Virus record (IMG/VR): IMGVR_UViG_3300046516_001816
Location: 124,001-188,000 of that record
DNA: 64,000 nucleotides
Reading direction: 5' to 3' (one strand)
The notes under the pieces were generated by a model, which saw nothing but the letters and a program-made list of their open reading frames with translations, was not told the DNA's origin and made no database searches. Shown piece by piece: positions 25,896 through 34,972 of the stretch (position 1 is its first letter; each line of letters opens with the position of its first letter). The position numbers and the translations under genes were made by a program.

Positions 25896-28640
25896 ATGTT
25901 ATCGAGTCTTCGCGTAGGACATAGTAGCGAACAACAAAACGCGCTCTCGATCATCCACGGGTTTAATAACTTTCTCGAACGCAAGACCGGGGACGTGGAT
26001 GACAATGGCGACAACGTGGTAGGGGCATTTGTCATCAATAACGAAGGCATGCTCTGCAACAACTTGCACTTCGAAGGCGGTCCGCAAGACTATACGCCCA
26101 CGCAGTGCTCGACCACCGAAGGGCAGTCGCTGTTGATCCTGGGTTACTACTATCTGTGGAAGGGCACGGGCAATCCGGTGTGGCTGCAAAAAGCCGAGCA
26201 GTACTTTGACTGTTATGTGAGGTACTTCTATGGCACCGCGCCCGTTCCCAACCCGCCCGCGATCTATCGCGCCAACTGGATTATGAACGGCAAGAATCCG
26301 TTTATGGTCTATGGTCCGCCCAATCCGCTCAGCGCGCAAAGCCCCGGCTTCTATGGCGAGCCGATTCAGTTCACCAATGGCGTGGGGGTGATTCCGGCCG
26401 GTGGGACGACCTTTGGCGACAAGCTGGTGAAGGTGTATCAGATCTTTACTGGGAAGTTTGCCTACGACTCCGTGCGTGCCGGTCCGGCCCATGGGGGCAC
26501 GTCCTATACGTTCCAGTCGTTTATGGCGACCAACGGAGCGTGGGATAAGAAGTACAACAGCACGACGATGTCAGCGAACACGGCGGTTGGGACCATCATC
26601 CTGGATGACACGTCCTTCACCGGTACGCTGTCGGTGAGTTACGTCATCGAGTCCGCCAATATCATCGGGCGCAACCAGCCGTTTGACGTCTGGCCGACCT
26701 GGCGTACCCTCCAACCCGACGAGTTGGGTAACGCCATTGATGCCGAGCAGTGGTTCACCGAAGCCGCGTTGTTGCTGTATAAGGCAACGGGCAATCCGCT
26801 GTATAACCAGATCTATCAGTGCGGGCTGCTGACCTGTCTGGATGCGACGGTGGTGGATGACGTGACGTATTACTTCCAGAAAGAAGCGACGTCGGTGGAT
26901 CCGTGTGACTACGGTATCTCCTACTGGTGGAACTATACGCCGACCAATAGCATCGCAACCATCAGTCGGAATGCGGACGGCTATATCGTTGCCACCAAGA
27001 CAGCGGAGACGGGGGATCACCTCGGGACCTTTGCGCTGGAACAGATTGCGGTGTTCAACCAGATTGGCCCGAACACGTCCATCAACAATACGTTCTCGAT
27101 TGATAGCCCGACAGCCCGGATTGACTTCTACACGTATATCCAGTCGGCCGTCGATGCGCCCACTGGGGTGAAGTATCGCTACTCGTTGCCGCAAGGGAAC
27201 TGGAGCCAGATGCAGACGGTGAACGTACCCTTTAACAAGATGATTGCCACGACTAAAGCGGATGGGTCGGAGCTCATTATGTTGGATGGGGCGAACTTTG
27301 CGACCTGGGGCACGGCGACCGCTGTGAGTACCTACGAGACGTTTACGCTTAATGGTCAGGTCTACTCGGACTATGTCTGTACGGCCACGTGTCCGGATAA
27401 TAACTCGGGACTCGCCGCTGGGTTCTGGTTGTTGCAGACCACGACCCAGTCGATTGCCCCGCTCACCTACAAGTCCATCTCCGGCACGATGTATGTGGTG
27501 TTGAAAGACGCGCTGGGCGTGAACTACTGGTATGCGTTGCCGCACGCCGATGACTGGACTACGATCAATCTGACCTGGGATATGTTTACGCTGGTGCCCT
27601 ATCAGAGCGGTACGCCTTCGCCGACGCCGACCCCGCAAGCGGCGATGACGCAGATTGAGTTCGAGACCAATAACAGTGCGGCGACCATCCAGACGTATTG
27701 TTGGGGCGCTGTTCCCACGGTCTATCATCCGAATGGCGAGTGGTCCACGCAGTGGTTCTTGCATGCAAGCGACAGTTCAGCGTTCACTTGGTTGGTCGGG
27801 GATGTGGTGATTCAGAATCAGGCGAATCAACCGTTTAAGTATACGCCGGGCGTGGTGCCGTTTTCCAATCAGTATTCGCCGTCCTTGCGTCGTAATGAGT
27901 TCTGGCGCGGCACGCCCTATTCGGGGTATCAGTATCCGGTGAACTGGCTGTATGCGACGCTGCCCGACTATTACGAGAACGTGATTCAGTTCTACTGGGA
28001 CTGTCAGCAGGCGTATCGCAACGAGATCGGGGTGTTGGGTCCGTTCATGCCGGCTTACGTCTGGCCACGGTATGACAACCTAGGGGAAGGACCGATTGAA
28101 AGCTTTGCGTTTGGCTCCGATCAACCCCAACCCTGGGCGGGCTATGAGCCACGCGGTTTCTTCTCCGCGTGTCATTTGTGGGCCGAGCTGGTGCGCCAGC
28201 ATAAGCCCGTCAATCCGAAGCTCGTCCAAGTCTGTCAGAACTACGCCGGGTATCTGTTGCAATTCCAGAAGACACACAACGGGTTGACGCCGTCGGTGTT
28301 TCCCCGGACTGCACCGCCGTATAACGACGGTTGGGATGCCGACCCCGAGCAAAGCAATCCGGACCACGTCGGACATATGACAGGGCTCTGGTTGGCAGGC
28401 TGTGTGGAGATGTTGAATGCGGGGGACAAGAGCGGCATTCCGCAGAAGGTCATCAAGTACTTGCTGCAAGAGCTCGAGAATACCTACGTGATTCGCAGTG
28501 ACGCCGAGTCGGACATGAATGGCTCGTTTTCACCTTGGGCAGGCGGCCGGATGTTCTACGGCTTCTGGGCAGGGGAGATCTTCCGGGGGTTGGGACTGTA
28601 CCTCGAATGGCTGAACAAAGGCAACAGTATTAACGCTTAA
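25896..28640 (+). CDS. Virion-associated glycoside hydrolase, GH8-like (alpha/alpha)6 barrel with inserted beta domains
   Basis: STTEGQSLLILGY (cf. GH8 TSEGQSY) and GNAIDAEQWFTEAALLL (cf. N.ASDGD.W.A..LL). Confidence 0.6.
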   Translation: MLSSLRVGHSSEQQNALSIIHGFNNFLERKTGDVDDNGDNVVGAFVINNEGMLCNNLHFEGGPQDYTPTQCSTTEGQSLLILGYYYLWKGTGNPVWLQKAEQYFDCYVRYFYGTAPVPNPPAIYRANWIMNGKNPFMVYGPPNPLSAQSPGFYGEPIQFTNGVGVIPAGGTTFGDKLVKVYQIFTGKFAYDSVRAGPAHGGTSYTFQSFMATNGAWDKKYNSTTMSANTAVGTIILDDTSFTGTLSVSYVIESANIIGRNQPFDVWPTWRTLQPDELGNAIDAEQWFTEAALLLYKATGNPLYNQIYQCGLLTCLDATVVDDVTYYFQKEATSVDPCDYGISYWWNYTPTNSIATISRNADGYIVATKTAETGDHLGTFALEQIAVFNQIGPNTSINNTFSIDSPTARIDFYTYIQSAVDAPTGVKYRYSLPQGNWSQMQTVNVPFNKMIATTKADGSELIMLDGANFATWGTATAVSTYETFTLNGQVYSDYVCTATCPDNNSGLAAGFWLLQTTTQSIAPLTYKSISGTMYVVLKDALGVNYWYALPHADDWTTINLTWDMFTLVPYQSGTPSPTPTPQAAMTQIEFETNNSAATIQTYCWGAVPTVYHPNGEWSTQWFLHASDSSAFTWLVGDVVIQNQANQPFKYTPGVVPFSNQYSPSLRRNEFWRGTPYSGYQYPVNWLYATLPDYYENVIQFYWDCQQAYRNEIGVLGPFMPAYVWPRYDNLGEGPIESFAFGSDQPQPWAGYEPRGFFSACHLWAELVRQHKPVNPKLVQVCQNYAGYLLQFQKTHNGLTPSVFPRTAPPYNDGWDADPEQSNPDHVGHMTGLWLAGCVEMLNAGDKSGIPQKVIKYLLQELENTYVIRSDAESDMNGSFSPWAGGRMFYGFWAGEIFRGLGLYLEWLNKGNSINA

Positions 28641-28647
28641 ACATACG

Positions 28648-28676
28648 GGGCGGGCTTCGGCTCGCCCTATATGCCG
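28648..28676 (+). terminator. Hairpin (cUUCGg) + TATATGCCG element
   Basis: GGGCGGGC-TTCG-GCTCGCCC-TATATGCCG. Confidence 0.65.
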
Positions 28677-28697
28677 TCTAATATTTTTTGGCCATTT

Positions 28698-28701
28698 TAT
28701 G
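28698..28701 (+). promoter_or_regulatory. Putative late promoter TATG
   Basis: ATTTTATG, 31 nt before ATG 28732. Confidence 0.45.
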
Positions 28702-28731
28702 CATGTCTCAACCACCATAAAAGGGCTCACT

Positions 28732-30348
28732 ATGTCAGACGGTACTACTCCTGGCTCGGATGGGATCAGCGCAGCCGCCACCGCGTTGGCTCAAGAAATG
28801 TCGAATTCCTTGTCGGAGTTCATCGATGGCGTGGTAGCCAACGTCAATCAAGACACGATCGCCAATGCGCAAGCCAGTGCGGCCGCGGCCGCTGCGTCCG
28901 CGACGGCTGCTGCCTCATCCGCCTCTCAGGCTTCTCAAGCGTCGACGACGTCGGCGGCTAACTCCGGTTCCTCGGGTCAAAGCGCGACCTGGGCATCCCA
29001 ATCCGCGACGGCTGCGGCGGCTGCCGCGGCTGAATCCCTGGCTGCCCAACAAGCGGCCAATCAAAGCTACGCCAACACGCAAGCGGCACTCGCTGCCTTT
29101 CAAGCGACGGCCACCGCGTTGACGGGTTTCATGACCACGTACAAGACGTACTTCCTGGGGGCGGGCGCGGCTGACCCCACGCAAGACGGCAATGGCAACT
29201 CGCTGCGCGAAGGGGCCATGTACGAGAACACAACGAGCCACAAAATCCGGGTCTACTCGGGCACCCAGTGGAACGATATCGACTACACGATCCAGGCTCA
29301 ACTCGCTGCCGCTACGGCGTCCGCTACGGCGGCTGCGAGCTCCGCCACTGCCGCCGCGGGTTCCGCGACGGCCGCCGGTGCTTCGGCGACGTTGTCCCAG
29401 AACTGGGCCTCGCAAGCCTCGGGCGTAGTGAACGGTACGAGCTCGCTCTCGGCTAAGCAATACGCCGGTAATGCGGCGACCTCGGCGACCAACGCGGCAT
29501 CGTCCGCGACCGCAGCGGCTGCTTCCGCGACGGCCGCGGCAGGCTCGGCCACGCAAGCGCAAACGTCGGCTGCCACCGCGACCTCCCAAGCCACCTCGGC
29601 GTCGGGTTCGGCTACCGCTGCTTCGGGTTCCGCTACAGCGGCATCCACGTCGGCGGGTAACGCATCCACGTCGGCCACGGCGGCTAGTACTTCGGCAACC
29701 AACGCAGCCAATAGTGCCACGGCCGCCGCGGGTTCGGCGACGGCGGCTGCGACGTCGGCTACAAATGCGTCGAACAGTGCAGCGAGCATCGGCGCGTTCG
29801 GTGTGCTCTCAGGCATCGTGTCAGTGACCAACAACAAGAACCTGACGAGTGCGGACTACGGGAAGATGTACGAGATCCCGTCGGGCTCGGCAGGCGGCTA
29901 CTCGATTGCCGCGCCTGCGGTGGTCGCAGGCGACACCGGTAAATGCTTCGGGATCTGCAACCGCTCCACGGGTGCGGTCACAGTCACGACGGGGGCGAAG
30001 TTCTTCAGCTCCTACGGCTCGAACGTAGCAACGGTGACGATCCCGCCGAATTCGACGGTGATCTTCCAGCAAGACGGTACGAACTTCAACGGCATTGCAG
30101 GCTCGGGGGCCATCGGTAGCACCCTGGTGCCGACCAACGCAGCCCAACCGGGTCAATGGGAGGCGCTCGCGCCGACGGGTCCGGCAGGGGGTGCGACGTT
30201 TGTGTTGCCGGGGGACGCTACGCAACAATGGGCCTACTTCGTGGCCAATGGTTCGCAGCAAGCCGCAGGCGTGGGTGCGGGTGGTTCGGGCGTGTTGGGT
30301 CCGTTCACGTCCAGCAATCCGGTGGGGTTCTGCTGGCGCATCGGTTAA
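28732..30348 (+). CDS. Tail-fibre protein with Stf-like Ala/Ser/Thr coiled-coil shaft, one knob domain and a C-terminal tip
   Basis: SATAAAG heptads; FLGAGAADPTQD...GAMYENT knob; ATG 28732 after AAGGG. Confidence 0.85.
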   Translation: MSDGTTPGSDGISAAATALAQEMSNSLSEFIDGVVANVNQDTIANAQASAAAAAASATAAASSASQASQASTTSAANSGSSGQSATWASQSATAAAAAAAESLAAQQAANQSYANTQAALAAFQATATALTGFMTTYKTYFLGAGAADPTQDGNGNSLREGAMYENTTSHKIRVYSGTQWNDIDYTIQAQLAAATASATAAASSATAAAGSATAAGASATLSQNWASQASGVVNGTSSLSAKQYAGNAATSATNAASSATAAAASATAAAGSATQAQTSAATATSQATSASGSATAASGSATAASTSAGNASTSATAASTSATNAANSATAAAGSATAAATSATNASNSAASIGAFGVLSGIVSVTNNKNLTSADYGKMYEIPSGSAGGYSIAAPAVVAGDTGKCFGICNRSTGAVTVTTGAKFFSSYGSNVATVTIPPNSTVIFQQDGTNFNGIAGSGAIGSTLVPTNAAQPGQWEALAPTGPAGGATFVLPGDATQQWAYFVANGSQQAAGVGAGGSGVLGPFTSSNPVGFCWRIG

Positions 30349-30366
30349 AAACGCATGCTTTTCGTG

Positions 30367-30393
30367 GGGAGCCTTCGGGCTCCCTTTTATTTT
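30367..30393 (+). terminator. Intrinsic terminator (cUUCGg)
   Basis: GGGAGCC-TTCG-GGCTCCC-TTTTATTTT. Confidence 0.8.
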
Positions 30394-30411
30394 GTCTTCA
30401 GGGGTTAAGAC

Positions 30412-31431
30412 ATGGCGGACGGAACGAATCCCGATACCGTACTTACGACCGCGGATTTCTTAGCGGATGTGGCGGCGGTGGCACGACAGTCAGGCTGGGC
30501 AGACCAGTGTGCGACGTCAGCCGCAGCGTCGGCGGCGCAAGCTGAGCTGATTCTCGAACAGATTCTGGGATTGGTGGGCAGTGGTGAGAACTCGGGTCTT
30601 TTGGCCCAGATTCAAGAGGTGGCAAATTCGGCCAGTCAGGCGGCCGCGTCAGCGAGCGCTGCGGCAGCCAGTGCTGCGGCGGCGGCCGCCAGTGTAACCA
30701 GTGCAGCTGCTAAGGTGGGCGATGCCAGCACTCAGGCGAGTAATGCGTCGACGTCTGCAAATGCTGCCGCGGCTTCAGCAACAGCAGCAGCCAACAGTGC
30801 GACTCAAGCAGCAGCGTCCGCCACCGCGGCCAGTGCAGCTTCAGGGTCGGCTACCAGTGCGTCGAACTTTGCGACTGCTGCACAAGCGTCGGCTACAGCA
30901 GCGAACAATTCTGCGACCGCAGCGGCGTCGAGTGCTGCGCAAGCGCAAACCAGCGCCACAGCAGCCCAGACACAAGCTTCGGCTTCTCAGACCAGCGCCA
31001 CGGCCTCCGCAGGCTCCGCGTCGGCGGCCGCGGCTTCGGCGAGTCAGGCCTCGACGGCTGCGGCATCTATTGCGGGTGTCGGACTGAAGTATTTGATCAC
31101 GGCGACCTTGACGGGTACGCTGTCCGCCTCGGAAATCATTCCGTGTCCCGTGACAGTGGCGATTACCTTACCGACGAATCTGTCGGGCTCGCAATTCACG
31201 GCGATCAATAGTGCCACCGCAGCGGTGATTCTGACGCTCTTCCATAACTCGGGGGGCACGTCAACCCCGATTGGGACGGTGACGTTTGCTGCTGGGGCGA
31301 CCAACGGTACCGTGACCTTCACGAATCCCGTGGTCTTTGCCGCCGGCGACTTGCTGGTGATCACGACCCCGAGCACGGCCGATTCGACTTTGGCAAATAT
31401 TGCCATTGGGATTGTCGGCTCGGTGAACTAA
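30412..31431 (+). CDS. Fibre shaft protein with C-terminal adaptor domain (cassette A)
   Basis: Ala/Ser/Thr heptads; C-terminal ...IGTVTFAAGATNGTV...VFAAGDLLVI matches the end of 48296-54367. Confidence 0.85.
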   Translation: MADGTNPDTVLTTADFLADVAAVARQSGWADQCATSAAASAAQAELILEQILGLVGSGENSGLLAQIQEVANSASQAAASASAAAASAAAAAASVTSAAAKVGDASTQASNASTSANAAAASATAAANSATQAAASATAASAASGSATSASNFATAAQASATAANNSATAAASSAAQAQTSATAAQTQASASQTSATASAGSASAAAASASQASTAAASIAGVGLKYLITATLTGTLSASEIIPCPVTVAITLPTNLSGSQFTAINSATAAVILTLFHNSGGTSTPIGTVTFAAGATNGTVTFTNPVVFAAGDLLVITTPSTADSTLANIAIGIVGSVN

Positions 31432-31441
31432 GGAGATCAAG

Positions 31442-32542
31442 ATGGCTTTGTTGTTTTGTGACGGGTTTGATATTTACACCAAAGTCTCGGAGCTCACGGG
31501 TAAGGGCTGGCAGGGCGCGGCGGGCAGCCAGACACTCAATGCGAGTATTGCCCTGTCTGCTTCAGGCAGTCCCTACGGTGGACAATGCATTATCATCGGT
31601 CCCACCGCGAACGGGGTATCGATGTATAAACCCGGGGTGTTTACCTATGCCAATGGCTATACCTTGAACTGTGCGTATATGTACAAGCACACGGGTGGAT
31701 TCCCGAGTCAAAATGAGGGCTCGACGAACGTGGGGGGTTTGCTGCTGCTCGGCTACGATCAGCCCATCGCTGGGCAGTCCGATAGTCGCACGCTGCTCAG
31801 TGTGAATACCACAGGCAAGTTGACCTTTATGCCTTTCGGCGGCAATACGCTGAATGCGACCACGGGCAATATCAATCTTTGCGATGGCGTGTATCACTGG
31901 ATTGAAATGCAGGTGGTACTCACTACTGCGGCGACAGGTTCGGTTAAAGTGTATGTAGATGGGGTATTGGATTTAAACCTCACGAATCTTATCACCGTCA
32001 GCTCCGGCACACCGCAGGGTGAAGTAGGCTTTGGTAGCACGTCCAATAACGGAGCGTTTAGCGTCACGGATTATTACGATGATGTGGTGATGTGGGACAA
32101 TACCGGCACAACGTTCAATACCTTTCCCATTGGTCCGCAACGCATCTATACAGCCACACCCAATGCCGCTGGTGCGCTGTCGCAGTTTACCCCGAGCGCA
32201 GGGGCGAACTACGCGGTGGCTGCGCAGGCGTATTCGGGCGCGGCGTATTTGACAGCCACGGCTGCTGGGCAATCCGATCTGTATGCGACGACCGGACTCG
32301 GGGGCGCGACACCCTCGCAGATTAACGCGGTGGCGGTGAACACCTATGCCAATAATCCGGCAGCGGGATTTCGTAAGCTTCAGAATCTACTGCAATCGAA
32401 GGGCGTCACGGTCTCCGGTCCTTCTTATCAGCTCACTGCCAGCAGTGTGGGCTATCAGACGATTTTTCACACCGATAGCAGCGGCGCGGCGTGGACCACC
32501 ACCACGGTGGCGGGCATGCAGGTGGGCGTGGGAGCAGTGTAA
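31442..32542 (+). CDS. Lectin-like (LamG/ConA-like + jelly-roll) virion head protein (cassette A)
   Basis: N-terminal LFCDGFD; HWIEMQV...VKVYVDG...YYDDVVMWD; C-terminal GAAWT motif; paralog of 54380-62366. Confidence 0.7.
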   Translation: MALLFCDGFDIYTKVSELTGKGWQGAAGSQTLNASIALSASGSPYGGQCIIIGPTANGVSMYKPGVFTYANGYTLNCAYMYKHTGGFPSQNEGSTNVGGLLLLGYDQPIAGQSDSRTLLSVNTTGKLTFMPFGGNTLNATTGNINLCDGVYHWIEMQVVLTTAATGSVKVYVDGVLDLNLTNLITVSSGTPQGEVGFGSTSNNGAFSVTDYYDDVVMWDNTGTTFNTFPIGPQRIYTATPNAAGALSQFTPSAGANYAVAAQAYSGAAYLTATAAGQSDLYATTGLGGATPSQINAVAVNTYANNPAAGFRKLQNLLQSKGVTVSGPSYQLTASSVGYQTIFHTDSSGAAWTTTTVAGMQVGVGAV

Positions 32543-32778
32543 TGGCGACGGATTCCGTAGTCGTGGTGAAGAACTATGCGGAGCTTATTACCGGGGCCTC
32601 GTATAGCTACAGTGCCCATATTCTGAAGTCCTACGCGGATGTGGTTACCCAGCGTGCGCAGTTCCCTTATCAGGCTGCGGTGAGCAAACTCTATGTGGAA
32701 ATTGTCGCGAGTGTTGCACTCACCGTCGGTCCGCCTAAACGACGGATCGTCAAGACGCAGTTGATTCGTGCGCGGTAA
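32542..32778 (+). CDS. Small protein with 3 tandem beta-strand repeats (cassette A scaffold candidate)
   Basis: TAATG coupling; VVVKNYAELIT / HILKSYADVVT / AVSKLYVEIVA. Confidence 0.7.
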   Translation: MATDSVVVVKNYAELITGASYSYSAHILKSYADVVTQRAQFPYQAAVSKLYVEIVASVALTVGPPKRRIVKTQLIRAR

Positions 32779-32781
32779 AGG

Positions 32782-32812
32782 AGCCAGGGGGCAACCCCTG
32801 GCTTTTATGCCG
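32782..32812 (+). terminator. Hairpin (GNRA) + TTTATGCCG element
   Basis: AGCCAGGGG-GCAA-CCCCTGGCT-TTTATGCCG. Confidence 0.8.
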
Positions 32813-32818
32813 GCATTT

Positions 32819-32822
32819 TATG
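32819..32822 (+). promoter_or_regulatory. Putative late promoter TATG
   Basis: ATTTTATG directly after the terminator element. Confidence 0.4.
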
Positions 32823-32826
32823 ATCT

Positions 32827-32985
32827 ATGGTTCTTCTACTGGATGCCCACATGCGCCCTATAAAGTCTCTGGCAACTCTGATGAAACTCATTCGAGAACA
32901 ACAACAAAGACTCTATGGACAGCAGCCTCGCGTGCCGGAGCTGCTCAAGCCGCAAGCACCACCCGACAAGGATAAAGGGAAATGA
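32827..32985 (+). CDS. 52-aa hypothetical protein (not in ORF track)
   Basis: Hand translation MVLLLDAHMRPIKSLATLMKLIREQQQRLYGQQPRVPELLKPQAPPDKDKGK*; ATGA overlap with 32982. Confidence 0.55.
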   Translation: MVLLLDAHMRPIKSLATLMKLIREQQQRLYGQQPRVPELLKPQAPPDKDKGK

Positions 32986-33716
32986 GTGATACACCGGATG
33001 GCGCAAGCGCAGCGCAGCTGGCTGCGGGCAACGCCCAGTCTTACATGAACAATGCGCAGTCCTATGCCACGCAAGCAAGCAGTGCAGCAGCGACCGCCAG
33101 CAGTGCCGCTTTGGCCGCCACGCATACGGCCGATGCCCTCTCCCAGCAACTTGCGATTGTGATGGCCTTGCTCGCCGGTACCAGTCCTGAGCTCGGTGCG
33201 CTCGAAGACACCGACGCCGTGGGTATTGGGCGAGAAGGTCAGTTGTATAATGCCCCGTACAGTGTGCTACGAGATTTGATTCGGGCAGGACGGCTGGACG
33301 CGACCAATAACTTAAGTGACGTCGAAGATAGTGCAGCAGCGCTAGCGAACCTGGGTGGCGTGGCGAGTAGCTCGATCAAGTCCTCCATGGTCACTAATCA
33401 GACCACCAGCGAAACCGTCTCGTGTTCCTTTAGCTTTACACCGGGCACCGATGGGTTTCTGTCGATCATCGCGCAAGGTGGCTCAGCAGGGACGACCTCA
33501 CCGGCGGTGGAACTTGTCATCAGTGTCGCGAAGTCCGTGGGTGCGACGCTCTTGAACAGTGACTGCAATGGCAACGGCACGTATAACCTCGCAGTTTTCA
33601 CGGCGCAGTTCATGGTGAAAAAGGGTGTCCCGGTGACCTTGACCTTGACCCAGACCGCTCCGCCCGGCACGAACACGAACAATCTGTCGGCCTTCTTCAT
33701 CTACTTGCCGAACTAA
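32982..33716 (+). CDS. Short fibre protein (Ala/Ser shaft, LDATNNLSDV collar motif, C-terminal beta-sandwich)
   Basis: AQSYATQASSAAA shaft; LDATNNLSDV...AALANLG motif typical of tail fibres. Confidence 0.75.
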   Translation: MSDTPDGASAAQLAAGNAQSYMNNAQSYATQASSAAATASSAALAATHTADALSQQLAIVMALLAGTSPELGALEDTDAVGIGREGQLYNAPYSVLRDLIRAGRLDATNNLSDVEDSAAALANLGGVASSSIKSSMVTNQTTSETVSCSFSFTPGTDGFLSIIAQGGSAGTTSPAVELVISVAKSVGATLLNSDCNGNGTYNLAVFTAQFMVKKGVPVTLTLTQTAPPGTNTNNLSAFFIYLPN

Positions 33717-33718
33717 AT

Positions 33719-34471
33719 ATGACCGTCGATATTCAAGCACTCGCGCTCGCGCAGCGCACCACGTATTACTTCATGGCTGAGGGTGGCGTCGGGATCACCC
33801 CGGACGGCACCGTGCCCGAAGGCGCCGTGCCCTGTACCCAGGCGCAGTATCAGAATCCCAATCAGTACTTCATCGACTACTCCACTACGCCACCGTCGAT
33901 TAAGAGTGTTGACGTCGCGACCTCGTTGCAGCTCGCCCAATCCAAGCAGATCATGGCGCTCGCTGCGTCCTGTTCGAATGCAATCTATTCGGGCTATCGG
34001 TCCCTGGCGCTCGGCAGTGCCCATCTGTATCCGGCCAAGGCTACTGACCAGATGAACATGCTCTCGTCACTGGTGGCAGGGCTGGGCAGTGTGGTGTTCG
34101 ATGCCGATGACTGGGAACCCAATACGAACTATGTCGAAGGACAAGTCGTCTGGAAGAAAAAGCAACTTTACCAGGTGATGCGTAATGGGCGAAGCGGGGC
34201 ACAAGAGCCCCTGTGGCCACAGAGTCTCACTGCCCCCGCGGTCGATGGCACGGTGCTGTGGGCGTTGTGGTACACGCCCTTCTGGTGTGAAGATCTGTCA
34301 ACGAATCCGGGGAGTTGGGCATTTCGCCCGCACACGTTGCGCCAGATCTGGCAAGTCGGCAAGGATGCCAAAGAGGCTGTGCTGGAGGAGATGGGCATGA
34401 ACACCTTGCTTGTCGCTCAAGTCATGGCGGCGAAAACCGTTGAAGCTGTGGAGGCTGTGAAATGGCCCTGA
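33719..34471 (+). CDS. Tail-fibre assembly-type protein (DUF4376-like) with an inserted CBM5/12-like module
   Basis: AQSKQI..L...C..AI..G...SALG..H.Y.....DQ.N...FWC.D...W.FRPHT..QI..VG.D; insert WEPNT.Y..G..V...LY...G.SG..EP.W...DGTV.W. Confidence 0.7.
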   Translation: MTVDIQALALAQRTTYYFMAEGGVGITPDGTVPEGAVPCTQAQYQNPNQYFIDYSTTPPSIKSVDVATSLQLAQSKQIMALAASCSNAIYSGYRSLALGSAHLYPAKATDQMNMLSSLVAGLGSVVFDADDWEPNTNYVEGQVVWKKKQLYQVMRNGRSGAQEPLWPQSLTAPAVDGTVLWALWYTPFWCEDLSTNPGSWAFRPHTLRQIWQVGKDAKEAVLEEMGMNTLLVAQVMAAKTVEAVEAVKWP

Positions 34472-34905
34472 AGTTTGCTTTTAAGAAGAACCCGACCGCC
34501 CTTAAGGACAGGTTGATCTGCCTGTGGCGTCACGGGCATTACTACCATTCGGAAGTCATCCTCGCGGAGAATCCGGATGGGACGTACACGATTGCCTCGT
34601 CGGTCCCCGGCGTGGGGGTGCGCACCGCGTACAACCAAACGCTCTCGGCTGATGAGTGGGATATCCTGGACGGTCCGGGGGATCCGGTGCGTGCGGCGGC
34701 CTGGTTCACCGCGCACGACGGCGAAGCCTACGACTGGTTCGGACTGCTCGGTTTCTTTATGAGCCCGATCAAGGACGTGGCGAAGAAGAAGTGGTGGTGC
34801 ACCAATGCAGATATGGAAGCGGCGGGCATGACGCAAGAAAGCTGGCGTTATGATCCGAACCTGCTGGCTGCCACCCTGCGTAATCTCGCGCTCGTTCCGG
34901 CGTAA
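34462..34905 (+). CDS. Permuted papain-like (YaeF/YiiX, NlpC/P60-related) amidase-like protein
   Basis: His motif GHYYHSEV precedes YDWFGLLG and the Cys motif KWWCT (circularly permuted order). Confidence 0.7.
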   Translation: MALKFAFKKNPTALKDRLICLWRHGHYYHSEVILAENPDGTYTIASSVPGVGVRTAYNQTLSADEWDILDGPGDPVRAAAWFTAHDGEAYDWFGLLGFFMSPIKDVAKKKWWCTNADMEAAGMTQESWRYDPNLLAATLRNLALVPA

Positions 34906-34910
34906 TTAAG

Positions 34911-34939
34911 GGGTCGCCTTCGGGCGGCCCTTTATGCCG
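34911..34939 (+). terminator. Hairpin (cUUCGg) + TTTATGCCG element
   Basis: GGGTCGCC-TTCG-GGCGGCCC-TTTATGCCG. Confidence 0.8.
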
Positions 34940-34946
34940 CGAATTC

Positions 34947-34950
34947 TATG
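34947..34950 (+). promoter_or_regulatory. Putative late promoter TATG
   Basis: 23 nt before ATG 34973; the leader GACCTTCCTCT resembles the one at 24603. Confidence 0.45.
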
Positions 34951-34972
34951 ACCTTCCTCTCAGGAGAACAGA

